This document shows positions 1 through 9,186 of a DNA stretch of 20,000 nucleotides, in pieces. Within the stretch, counting starts at the first letter, position 1; every line of letters begins with the position of its first letter. Both the position numbers and the translations under genes were made by a program. The notes beneath the pieces were generated by a model that ran no database searches, was not told the DNA's origin, and saw nothing but the letters and a program-made list of their open reading frames with translations. The stretch comes from an uncultured virus (IMG/VR IMGVR_UViG_3300000301_000027). Taxonomy: Duplodnaviria; Heunggongvirae; Uroviricota; Caudoviricetes; Crassvirales. The stretch lies in the IMG/VR virus record IMGVR_UViG_3300000301_000027; one strand, 5' to 3'.

Positions 1-220
1 CATTATCATCAATAGTAGGGTTTATTAAACTGGTTTGAAAAGTATATTTTCTTAACTCATTATTTTTATCTAAAGCAAAGAATGTTAGACCATAATATCT
101 TTTCTGTACAGGTACTCTTTTAAGATATTGTTCTAATGTCTCCAAATTACTTTTAGAAACAATCCTATCATCAATAGGATCATTTCCTTGCATGTTAAAA
201 CCAGTTAATATATTACTCAT
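1..220 (-). CDS. Partial CDS (N-terminal 73 aa; runs off the left edge), probable virion/tail-fibre-associated protein
   Basis: Manual translation from ATG at 220: MSNILTGFNMQGNDPIDDRIVSKSNLETLEQYLKRVPVQKRYYGLTFF..., open to the window edge and starting 4 nt after the upstream gene's stop. The P-x-D-x-R...RY-x-GL pattern resembles N-termini of phage tail/structural proteins (recalled, not searched). Confidence 0.7.
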   Translation of the reverse strand, partial: MSNILTGFNMQGNDPIDDRIVSKSNLETLEQYLKRVPVQKRYYGLTFFALDKNNELRKYTFQTSLINPTIDDN

Positions 221-224
221 TTTT

Positions 225-719
225 CTAACTTATTACTATGTTAAAATGATTTGGAGAATCCAAATATTTAATTTCTGATGTTCTATAAACATCTAATTGT
301 GTAGTTTTATCAGGTGTTAATTCTGATCTAATCTTTGTAAATTCATTTTTAACATTTACACCATTATTAGTAATAGAGAATGTAAATGTACTTGGAACTA
401 CAATATAGAGATATCCATATAAAGGATTAGCTACAGTACCATTAATATCTTCTTCAAATGTACTAGGTAATGATTTAACTAACAGTGCATTCAATACATG
501 AATATCTGAAATATTTTGAGATGCTGAAATACCAAAATAACAATTTTTATTATTAATAATTTCTTCAGTAGCAATCTCTAAAGTATCAATCATTTGAGAT
601 AATACATCAATAAGATATTTATAGTCCTCTGAAGTAATTCTCCTAGGACATGTTTGAAATCTCATTCTTAATTCTGCAATAGTTGCAGGATCAAAAATAT
701 CTATATTGATTTTATTCAT
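225..719 (-). CDS. Hypothetical virion/tail-associated protein (164 aa)
   Basis: ORF track; tightly packed in the operon. Helical N-terminus and beta-rich C-terminal half (YGYLYIVVPS..FSIT). Confidence 0.7.
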   Translation of the reverse strand: MNKINIDIFDPATIAELRMRFQTCPRRITSEDYKYLIDVLSQMIDTLEIATEEIINNKNCYFGISASQNISDIHVLNALLVKSLPSTFEEDINGTVANPLYGYLYIVVPSTFTFSITNNGVNVKNEFTKIRSELTPDKTTQLDVYRTSEIKYLDSPNHFNIVIS

Positions 720-721
720 TA

Positions 722-1027
722 TTATGCTTCTTTAATTTTAATACATAAATCAAATAGATAATCTGTGATTGCATTATTTTTATCCAATTCATCAACAGAA
801 TCTTTAAGTAGTTTTAATTCTTCACTATTAAAATCAACATCTTTAAGCTTCTCTTCATTTTTCCAAGTAATACCCTTTTCTGTTTGTTTAATTTCAAAAG
901 TTTCAATTTCTTCAGAACTAAAATCTACTTTCTTAATAATATTTCTCTTATTAGTCATAGTTAAGAGAGCCCCCTTTTCAGGGAGCAACTCTAACATCAT
1001 TAATCTTTCTTTTATATTTAATTTCAT
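722..1027 (-). CDS. Small acidic protein following the tail fibre (possible fibre assembly chaperone), 101 aa
   Basis: ORF track; starts 12 nt after the fibre gene. MKLNIKERL..LLPEKG...W...F...EL pattern resembles small proteins found beside tail genes in Bacteroides phages (recall). Chaperone role is inferred from position. Confidence 0.6.
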   Translation of the reverse strand: MKLNIKERLMMLELLPEKGALLTMTNKRNIIKKVDFSSEEIETFEIKQTEKGITWKNEEKLKDVDFNSEELKLLKDSVDELDKNNAITDYLFDLCIKIKEA

Positions 1028-1039
1028 AGTATTTATATT

Positions 1040-4000
1040 TTAATCTTTATGCCAATTAACATTACCACTTCTTCCTAAGAAAAACCATTTTCCATTTGTT
1101 TTAATTACAGAAACATTAGCTCCTCCATCAGTCATTTCCAAATGATTAGTTGTAATATCATATAAACTTCCAGCATTATATTGACAGATATTGTATATAA
1201 TAAGATTATTATTACTATTATCACAATCTACAAAAGTAATAATTTGCCCTTCTGTTCCAGAACTATTATTTAAAGTGATTGATTGTGTAGAACCTCCTGT
1301 CCATAAAAAAATAGATTGGTAATTAAATGCTGAAGCTTGACCTGAAGCAACACTAGAATATCCAAAAGTATTTCCTAAATTAAGATGATTTCTAATATAT
1401 AAGTCATTTCCATTAATTCTAACTTGATGTTTAGTAGAACCACCAGATTTAAAGTTTCCAGCAAAAAATAATTCACTATTTAATGAAGTTGTTCCATTAT
1501 CTTTTCTTACATTAATACCAAAAGAATCTGCTGATACTAAAGAAGGATCCAAATACTGTCCTATAGAGACATATCCAACAAATGGTGATTTAGACAATAC
1601 TCTAATACCATTATTATCTAATGTTAAGCTTCCAAAAGTTGTTCCATTAGCAACAGTAAGAGTTCCACTAAAAGAACCATTAACAGCATTTATTTCTCCA
1701 CTAAAGACACCATTTTTAGCAGTAAGATTACCATTAGGATCTACATAAAAATTGCCATCTTGTTGTCCAAATGAACCATCAGAATTAATTAGAAGGTTAC
1801 CAATTTTACCTCCTGTTGCAATGATTGATCCAGTGGCTTTTATATTTCCACTAAAATAGCCATTATCAGCCCATATATCTCCATGGAAATATCCCCCATA
1901 ACATAACATTTGACCATCTTCTCTAATTACAAATGTGGCTCCTTGGGGACTTTGAGACCTAGGATCATATTCCCAAAACTGTTGTCTTTTTTCTGGAGTT
2001 TTATCTCCATCTAAAAATTCTTGATATAAATTAGACCATTCTTGAGAAGATTCATAATTACCTCCAGAATAGAATCTTACTGTTTGAGGTTCATATTCTC
2101 CAGGTAAATTTTTACCTCCATATATACCTGCTTTTTCATCAGTTAATTCATATTCAAAATCATTTTTCTTTTTAGCATGACCTAATCTAATCCAAGTGGT
2201 TAAGAATAATCCTCCATCTGTAACAGATACTCCTCCTAATGCATCTTCTAGATACCAATTTTCTTCATTAATCTTTCTCCAAGTAATAACCTTCAAAAAA
2301 TTAATTCCTGAATCTTCACAATAAATTCTTATCTTACATGAAAGATATGTTTTATTAGTATTAAAAACTGTTGGGTATATTTGTCCTTTTTCTGAAATTC
2401 CAACTTCAAGACCTTCATCAGGTTCAGCTATTATAGAGTAATAATTATTTCCAGGAGTAGTACCTCCTTGTAGTCTATAAATAAGTTCTTTAGAACCTTT
2501 TAAAACTGTATATGTAGTTGATACTGATAATGCTAATTTATTAGGATCTAAGTAATCTGGATTTATGGTATCTTTAGTTCCAGGATCTACTAGTATATCA
2601 TGAGATTCTTTATCTGCTATTACAGTATAAGAATCTTCTCCTTTATCTCCTGTTAATTTAATAGGTGTTGACCACTGTTCTCCATCTTTTACTTCTCCAG
2701 TAATAGGATTTTTTAATATTTTAGTCATCCATACATATAAGTTACCAGATGGTTGGGGTGGATTATCATACCAATTAGTACCAGGACTTTTTCCATTAGG
2801 ATATTGTATAGGAGGAATATTTTCACTTAAAGCATATTTAAAATCTATATACCATCCATCAACTCCAACAATTTTTACAGGATCACCCCATTCACCTGAA
2901 GAAGCACTAGGTGCTACTTTTTGAGACATCCATATAACATTATCTGTAGTATCAGTATGCCATCCATTAGTAGTTCCATTACCAGTAGGCTTATTGGGCT
3001 TTAATTCAGAATCATGATAAGTTATATACACATTCCATCCATTTTCCCCATTAGCACCATCAGTTCCATCTGAACCATCAGTAACCATTAAAGTCCATGC
3101 TGTACCATTATAAATATAAACTTTACCATTATCTATATCTCTATATACCCAATTAATTTCAGGATTAGAAGGTGGATTTTTAAATTCTCCTTTCCATATA
3201 ATACTTAATCCATCAGTACCATTTTTCCCATTAATACCATCAATAGTCATCTGATACCAAGAACCACTTTGATATACATAACTTTTACCATCAGTGGTGT
3301 TTCTATATGCCCAACCATTTTGAGGATCATTTGGATGAGAATCAAATTCTCCCTTCCATACTATAGAAGTACCATCTGTACCATCTACACCATCAGCTCC
3401 ATTAATACCATTAATACCATCAGTTATTTTAACAATAGTATGAGTATCATAATAATCTCCTACATCTACTCTATAAGTAACATAAGTATTACCATTGCTC
3501 CATCCCATCTTAGGGTCATTAGGATTAATAGTTAAAGAATTAGTAGTATTTTCTATTACTGTCCAATTGGTGTTTTCAGTTTTATATCTCCATATATATT
3601 GAGGATCAAGAATATTTTGTGTTAAAGCTATTATATTAATAACATTAGGAATAGGATCTCCTTTAAAGTCATCTTTATATTTAAATAATTGATCTCCTTG
3701 TATTGTAACACTTTTTGCAGGTGTTCCAATAGCTGTTTGTTTTAATAATTCAGAAATAGAAGGTTCTCTATTATTGCATAGATCTAATCTCTGACCCCAA
3801 AAATGTACTTCAGTACCTATTCCTAAAGCACTGCCTTGATAAGCTCTAAACATTTGAACTTCATCAGTGTTTTTAAATTTAAAAGTTCTAAATTTAATTG
3901 TATCAGAAGCTTTTCTGCCTGTTTTAGGATCATATATACCAGCATCAAATTTTTCTCCTGTATTGTCCTCTGAACTATTAATATAACCTACTAATAAATA

Positions 4001-6742
4001 CCATTTATTTAATTCTGGTAAATCACCTCCCCAGAATAAACCATCAGAAGTTTGCCCTGAATATAATGAAGTATTAGGATCACATCCAAACAAGATAGTA
4101 CCATCTCTCTGCATCTGTTTTACCCATATAGAATATCTATAAGTAAGATGATGATAAATAGGTATATTTGGAACATAAAAACCTCCATCTGTATCACCAT
4201 CAGCAGTAGAAATACATTTCCATACTACATCTGGCATATTAAATGGAGTAGGTAATATCTCCCTTTTATTATTAGCATTAGTTCCATATTGTAAATACTT
4301 ACTATAATCTCCTGATCCTTCATTCCATAAGAATCTAAAGAACATGTTAGTAGTATATTCATCAACTAATAATGGAGGAGTCCATTCTCCTGAAGGCTCT
4401 CCAGTTAGATTATTTATATTAAATGCTTGCCATAATAATCCATACCATTCATCAAATGTGTTAGGATTAACATTCCATCCTGCTGGACTAGCTCCTCTAG
4501 GTTGGATAGGTTCAAGCATATCTCTAGTATATATAATAACACTATTACTACCATCAATAATATCTACAATGGTGATTCTTCCTTTAGCAATTACCTCTCC
4601 TAAAGAGTTTTTCAATCTAACTTCAAAATTAGATTTAGAATCAACATCATCTGGTGTTATTAAAATAGTCTTATTTATTCTAGAGAAAGTGGGAATTATT
4701 TGTCCATCTTTATCATATTGAATCCAATCATAAATATATGTTGATCCATCTTCATCAAGCTCTTCACCATTTCTCCATACTTCAGCTTCTATTGTAATAG
4801 TTCCTGTTTTATTTTTAAAGATAGTTCCTTCAGGAGTATTAAAAGCTATTTGTAAAGGATCTTGTTGGTCTAAGAATGAAGCTGTGGCATATACAGATTG
4901 ATTATAAGTAATAGATTTTGAATCTAAATCTGTAATAACACATTTAAATGTTGCAAAATTTAATACAGTAGATTCTGGAATAATAATTTCATTAGTAGTA
5001 TATCCAGTAACTCCAAAATTATTTACTTCATCAATATAAGCCCATCCTATTCCTCCACTACTATTATAATAAGGATTATATATTCTAGTACCACTAGGAA
5101 CATCTTGTTTTAATGTTTCTGTTAATACTAAGGTTGTAGAAGAATTTACTGTAGCTACTACATAATCATATCCTAAGATTCTAATATTAGAATCTCTAAC
5201 CATTCCTGTAGTATTATCTACATGTAATACATTATCTCCAACTTTTGCAGTAGAAGATGTAAATTTAGGATCAAATACTCCAGGTTTTTCTATAAACCAT
5301 TTATATTCAACATCAGTATTATCTATATAAGAACCTCTCCATAAATCACAATGAGCTTTTAAGAAATCTACATCATCATTTTTAAAAATACTTCCTAATG
5401 GATATAACATTACTGCTTGGATAGTAACTCCAGAAGTCTCTACCCTAACAAATGATAAAGATGAATAGAAAGGTGTCTCAGCTTTAGTTAATGGATCTAC
5501 ATATACACCATAAAATCCATATCTAATATTAGGATTAAGAGTTAACTCATTTGTTTTGATAGTAAGAACTTTATTTTCATCTATAACATGAGTAGGACTA
5601 TTTTCTATAGATAATCCATTCTTAGTCCATTTAAAATCTTTAATATTTTCTTTTTGAGATATAAGAAGATTATCTTCTGGATCTCCAGACCAGACTCCTG
5701 GAGTTAATACTAGATAAGGATAAACAGTCCAATCAGGATTTAATTTTCCATCTTCTGTATTATATAATTGAACTAAAGATTTATTAGATTCTAATGTTGA
5801 ACTTATATATGTTGTATCTAGTTGATCTAGAATGGTAATTTGACCATTCATAATCTTAGCACCATCTATAACAACAGTACAAACAAATGTAGCTTTCTTT
5901 TTAACATCTTTGTTGGTAATCCTTATAGTTTTACCTTTAAGATTTTTATTATTCCATTGAGTGTCTGATGTAGGATCATCACTGATTCTTTTCCAACTAA
6001 ATTCTTCAGCAGGAATAGTGTCAGTAATATCTGAACCTGCTATATATACATGTGCTGATAATTCAGTGTCTATTCTATTATTTTGAAAGATATTACCATT
6101 AGAAGAAGTTACTTCTACACTATATGCTCCATAACCATCTCTAACTTTAAAAATAGTTAACTGATTAGTATAGATATCATTAACAGTATATCTTAATGAA
6201 ATCATATCAGTATTATTCCATAACTCTGAATCTGGAGTTACAGTTAAATTGTCTGATGTAGCTCCTTCAATAACTTTATAAGTACCACCATTAGAATATT
6301 CCCATCTTCTAACTGCACTAGTTGAAGGAGTAAAATTATAAGCTACAGCTTGAAGATTAATTTTATTAGGAAATACTTGTCCTTCTCCATCATATTTAAA
6401 AGCTGTAGTATTAGCAATTACTGTTACTAATGATTCTTTAATATTGTATTCTCCTTTAGGATAAAATTGTGAAGGAACATCTTGAAAATAATTAGTTATA
6501 TTATTAGTAGGAGCATATTCCTTTTTAAAAATATCTGAAGAATTAACTATATATTCTACTATAGAATAAATATCTGTAATATCTTGATTAGAAGTATAAG
6601 AATAACATCTTAACTCTTTAATAACATCTAAAACACCCTTTAAGATGATAAGTTTCCTATTTTCATAGGAATGGCCATAAACAATGAGATTATTATAATA
6701 TGATTTTAATGATGAATACAAAGTTGTTAATGTATTTATCAT
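1040..6742 (-). CDS. Giant modular tail fibre / receptor-binding protein (1900 aa)
   Basis: Repeated Ig-like modules (G-x-IF-x-N...W...TF-x-C), G-x-x collagen-like linkers, 54-aa tandem repeats, Gly-rich beta-repeat shaft (NGYFSGNIKATG, NGVFSGEINAVNGSFSGTL) and a C-terminal globular tip. ATGA overlap with the upstream gene's stop. Confidence 0.8.
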   Translation of the reverse strand: MINTLTTLYSSLKSYYNNLIVYGHSYENRKLIILKGVLDVIKELRCYSYTSNQDITDIYSIVEYIVNSSDIFKKEYAPTNNITNYFQDVPSQFYPKGEYNIKESLVTVIANTTAFKYDGEGQVFPNKINLQAVAYNFTPSTSAVRRWEYSNGGTYKVIEGATSDNLTVTPDSELWNNTDMISLRYTVNDIYTNQLTIFKVRDGYGAYSVEVTSSNGNIFQNNRIDTELSAHVYIAGSDITDTIPAEEFSWKRISDDPTSDTQWNNKNLKGKTIRITNKDVKKKATFVCTVVIDGAKIMNGQITILDQLDTTYISSTLESNKSLVQLYNTEDGKLNPDWTVYPYLVLTPGVWSGDPEDNLLISQKENIKDFKWTKNGLSIENSPTHVIDENKVLTIKTNELTLNPNIRYGFYGVYVDPLTKAETPFYSSLSFVRVETSGVTIQAVMLYPLGSIFKNDDVDFLKAHCDLWRGSYIDNTDVEYKWFIEKPGVFDPKFTSSTAKVGDNVLHVDNTTGMVRDSNIRILGYDYVVATVNSSTTLVLTETLKQDVPSGTRIYNPYYNSSGGIGWAYIDEVNNFGVTGYTTNEIIIPESTVLNFATFKCVITDLDSKSITYNQSVYATASFLDQQDPLQIAFNTPEGTIFKNKTGTITIEAEVWRNGEELDEDGSTYIYDWIQYDKDGQIIPTFSRINKTILITPDDVDSKSNFEVRLKNSLGEVIAKGRITIVDIIDGSNSVIIYTRDMLEPIQPRGASPAGWNVNPNTFDEWYGLLWQAFNINNLTGEPSGEWTPPLLVDEYTTNMFFRFLWNEGSGDYSKYLQYGTNANNKREILPTPFNMPDVVWKCISTADGDTDGGFYVPNIPIYHHLTYRYSIWVKQMQRDGTILFGCDPNTSLYSGQTSDGLFWGGDLPELNKWYLLVGYINSSEDNTGEKFDAGIYDPKTGRKASDTIKFRTFKFKNTDEVQMFRAYQGSALGIGTEVHFWGQRLDLCNNREPSISELLKQTAIGTPAKSVTIQGDQLFKYKDDFKGDPIPNVINIIALTQNILDPQYIWRYKTENTNWTVIENTTNSLTINPNDPKMGWSNGNTYVTYRVDVGDYYDTHTIVKITDGINGINGADGVDGTDGTSIVWKGEFDSHPNDPQNGWAYRNTTDGKSYVYQSGSWYQMTIDGINGKNGTDGLSIIWKGEFKNPPSNPEINWVYRDIDNGKVYIYNGTAWTLMVTDGSDGTDGANGENGWNVYITYHDSELKPNKPTGNGTTNGWHTDTTDNVIWMSQKVAPSASSGEWGDPVKIVGVDGWYIDFKYALSENIPPIQYPNGKSPGTNWYDNPPQPSGNLYVWMTKILKNPITGEVKDGEQWSTPIKLTGDKGEDSYTVIADKESHDILVDPGTKDTINPDYLDPNKLALSVSTTYTVLKGSKELIYRLQGGTTPGNNYYSIIAEPDEGLEVGISEKGQIYPTVFNTNKTYLSCKIRIYCEDSGINFLKVITWRKINEENWYLEDALGGVSVTDGGLFLTTWIRLGHAKKKNDFEYELTDEKAGIYGGKNLPGEYEPQTVRFYSGGNYESSQEWSNLYQEFLDGDKTPEKRQQFWEYDPRSQSPQGATFVIREDGQMLCYGGYFHGDIWADNGYFSGNIKATGSIIATGGKIGNLLINSDGSFGQQDGNFYVDPNGNLTAKNGVFSGEINAVNGSFSGTLTVANGTTFGSLTLDNNGIRVLSKSPFVGYVSIGQYLDPSLVSADSFGINVRKDNGTTSLNSELFFAGNFKSGGSTKHQVRINGNDLYIRNHLNLGNTFGYSSVASGQASAFNYQSIFLWTGGSTQSITLNNSSGTEGQIITFVDCDNSNNNLIIYNICQYNAGSLYDITTNHLEMTDGGANVSVIKTNGKWFFLGRSGNVNWHKD
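3037..3423 (-). repeat. Two 54-aa (162-nt period) tandem repeats flanked by collagen-like G-x-x triplets, inside the fibre gene
   Basis: DGINGINGADGVDGTDG-TSIVWKGEF..P..P..GWAYRNTTDGKSYVY..W..M-DGINGKNGTDG-LSIIWKGEF..PP.NP..NWVYRDIDNGKVYIY..W..M-DGSDGTDGANGENG. The Trp codons of WKG start at 3358 and 3196. Confidence 0.9.
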
Positions 6743-7341
6743 AGTGTGATTTGTTTGTTATTTTGTACATTTTTATATCCCTCATATGAGGTTTTATGAT
6801 TAGCTTGAGCTAAATCATAGTTTAATAGATCATCCCATATTTGAACAGATGTAGAAAATTCTCCTAAAGTTAGAGAATTCTTAAAAATTTCTTCTTTTAA
6901 AATAATATCTATAATTAACTGTTCATTTTTACCACATGTTTTTACATATTCTTTAAGTAATTTAATTTTAGTGTGATAAAGTGGTAAAAGATTAACAGCA
7001 GCTGAAATTACTAAATCTGAATCACAGTAAGTTTCTGTTCCATTACTAGAAGTAGGTTGTCCAATAGTTTTAATATAAATAAAATAGAAATATTTTTCAA
7101 AATCAAATGCTGCACTAGATATAGTCATTTTGACTTCTTTTCTATTTTCTCCTAAATTTTCTCCAGTAAGTTCAACTAAAATATTTTGTTTGTCAGGATA
7201 ATCTATAGTAAATCTATCATACTGCACAATGGCAATCTTTTCTAGAAAGACATTGGCATAATCTGGACCATCTATAACATTAGTCCAGAGAAAAATTCCA
7301 TCTCCTAATGGAGATACTCTACATTCATGAATTTCTACCAT
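6739..7341 (-). CDS. Tail hub protein A-like structural protein (200 aa)
   Basis: Follows the auxiliary capsid gene, as in the crAss-like gene order. Beta-rich N-domain (I-x-ECR-x-SP-x-G) and helical C-domain with Cys residues. Assignment from synteny and recall. Confidence 0.55.
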   Translation of the reverse strand: MVEIHECRVSPLGDGIFLWTNVIDGPDYANVFLEKIAIVQYDRFTIDYPDKQNILVELTGENLGENRKEVKMTISSAAFDFEKYFYFIYIKTIGQPTSSNGTETYCDSDLVISAAVNLLPLYHTKIKLLKEYVKTCGKNEQLIIDIILKEEIFKNSLTLGEFSTSVQIWDDLLNYDLAQANHKTSYEGYKNVQNNKQITL

Positions 7342-7350
7342 AGTTAAAAT

Positions 7351-7383
7351 AAAAAAGGGGAGACAGTATTGAACTATCTCCCC
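7351..7383 (-). terminator. Rho-independent terminator after the auxiliary capsid gene
   Basis: Minus strand GGGGAGAUAG-UUCAAUA-CUGUCUCCCC followed by UUUUUUAUUUU. Confidence 0.9.
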
Positions 7384-7394
7384 ATGTTATGTTA

Positions 7395-8465
7395 TTACTC
7401 TGTAGCAGACAGGGAATTAATAGTAATTCCTAAGATAGTCCCTAGAGCATCAGTTAAAGTCTTAGCAGCAGCTTTAGCAGCATTATAACTAACTTTTACT
7501 GGTTTCTTACTTTCATCTAGATCAAATGGGAATACAAAATACAATTGTTTTTGTGATTTCTGTACATCTTCATTATGTCCTTGATAGAAGAAAGTAATAT
7601 CTACCATTACATAGCCTTTAGATGCATCAGCCATGTAAGAAGTTTCAAAGTTATTAGGATAACCCATATTTCTATAGATATCTCCTCTTTCTCCTAAATA
7701 GAACCATTCTTGTTCAGCAATAACTTTACCATTACCTTGACCAAGACTATGATATTTAACTTCAGTACCTGCAGCATCAACAAATTTATCTTCAGTAGTC
7801 ATTTCTCCCTCACCAGTAGGAATAGTAACATTGAACATAAGTTTCTTTGCAGGAACTTTATCCTTATTAGAATATTGTTCTTTCTCTTTAATTACTAGAG
7901 TAGCTGAAGTGGTTGCTCCTTCTTTAGAGAATTCCAAATATTTATTTCCAGGAAGCTTAATAGCAGTTCCACCTTTAGGAGTATACTGGAAAGATGAAGT
8001 GAAAGATCCAGTTTCATGCATAAACTGATAAGCTAGATCTTTAACAAGACCATCAACTACAGCTTCTGCATCATCTCCAGTTTTAGCAGTATAAGATGCT
8101 AACTTAAAATATTGATTTTCAGGACTTACTGAATACCAATCCAAGAATTGAATTTCAAGAACATATTTAACACCAGCAGTTACATTAACTGGAGTTACAA
8201 TTACTTCTTTAAATGATTCTGGAGCATAATCAGTAGTCTTAGCATATACTACTTGATCTTTATAGATATTATCTGTTTTAGAGATATATCCTTTATTATT
8301 TTTATATAAGAAATATGCATAGTTGCCAGCAGTCTTTTTTCCAAGATCATTAAATACAGCAGCTTGTCCAGTAGTAGCTGAAGTAAAATTAGAAGGAGCA
8401 GCAGCAGAAGATGCTCCAGTAACAACATACATATGTCTTACCTGTTGATTTGATAAAGCACTCAT
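7395..8465 (-). CDS. Auxiliary capsid (decoration) protein, crAss gene-73-like (356 aa)
   Basis: N-terminal S-x-QQVRHMYV motif and E-WFYLGERGDIYRNMGYPNNF-T-Y motif recalled from crAss-like auxiliary capsid proteins; synteny; followed by a terminator, as expected for an abundant protein. Confidence 0.7.
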   Translation of the reverse strand: MSALSNQQVRHMYVVTGASSAAAPSNFTSATTGQAAVFNDLGKKTAGNYAYFLYKNNKGYISKTDNIYKDQVVYAKTTDYAPESFKEVIVTPVNVTAGVKYVLEIQFLDWYSVSPENQYFKLASYTAKTGDDAEAVVDGLVKDLAYQFMHETGSFTSSFQYTPKGGTAIKLPGNKYLEFSKEGATTSATLVIKEKEQYSNKDKVPAKKLMFNVTIPTGEGEMTTEDKFVDAAGTEVKYHSLGQGNGKVIAEQEWFYLGERGDIYRNMGYPNNFETSYMADASKGYVMVDITFFYQGHNEDVQKSQKQLYFVFPFDLDESKKPVKVSYNAAKAAAKTLTDALGTILGITINSLSATE

Positions 8466-8478
8466 TTATATATTATTT

Positions 8479-9186
8479 TTAAAAGTTTCTTTGATTTAAT
8501 TGAACATGAGCTTCTAAATTAGAGGGATTATAATCTCTTAAAGCTAATTCTACAGCTCTATTCAATATATTTAAATGTATATTAGAACCTAATTTACAAA
8601 GAGTTTCTTTAGTCTCTCCTTTAATAGATAATCCCATACCTTTATATAATCCAGTTGAAAGATCTTCTAGTATTATAGGTTCTGGTTCTATTAAATAAGT
8701 TACTTCATAGCTAGTAGGTTCTTTACTAGAGATAATATAGATACCATCATTCTTAGTTAATTTAAATACTTTCCTTTCATTAGGTTTTTTAAAAGGATTA
8801 ATAAGATTGACATTTAATTCATCCCATGTAGTAGGAATAACTAAGATAGTTAATGGCCAATTAGGTATTATAACTTGTTCATTAATTGGATACCAGATAT
8901 TATCTGCAGTTTTAAATCTAGCTTGATTATAGCCTCTATATTTAGATAATTCTAATGGATTCAATGTTTCTGTTCTAACAAGATATTCCAAAGCTGTCCT
9001 TATATGTTCTGTACTATCCACAGCTTCATGGTATATATTTTTACCAGAATAAAATTCTTTTACAATTTCATCCTGTGCTTGTGTTAGAAACAAAGATATT
9101 TCATAAGAATTCAACTCAGGAGCAGACTTATCAGAATTATTATAATGCAAATTAAAACTTTCTATCCATTCTTTAGAATTATTCAT
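8479..9186 (-). CDS. Head-tail ring protein, crAss gene-74-like (235 aa)
   Basis: Motifs F...YNN..SAP.LN.YEISLFLTQAQ.EIVK, Y...P.PIILEDL and C.L...IH..IL.RAVELA typical of Crassvirales ring proteins (recall); synteny. Confidence 0.75.
   Translation of the reverse strand: MNNSKEWIESFNLHYNNSDKSAPELNSYEISLFLTQAQDEIVKEFYSGKNIYHEAVDSTEHIRTALEYLVRTETLNPLELSKYRGYNQARFKTADNIWYPINEQVIIPNWPLTILVIPTTWDELNVNLINPFKKPNERKVFKLTKNDGIYIISSKEPTSYEVTYLIEPEPIILEDLSTGLYKGMGLSIKGETKETLCKLGSNIHLNILNRAVELALRDYNPSNLEAHVQLNQRNF

Noticed and set aside
1040..1400. DGR variable region at the fibre C-terminus
   Set aside because: No reverse transcriptase or template repeat in the window. It cannot be excluded elsewhere in the genome, but nothing here supports it.
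3037..3423. CRISPR-like or non-coding repeat array
   Set aside because: Repeats are degenerate at the DNA level and conserved at the protein level within a coding frame.
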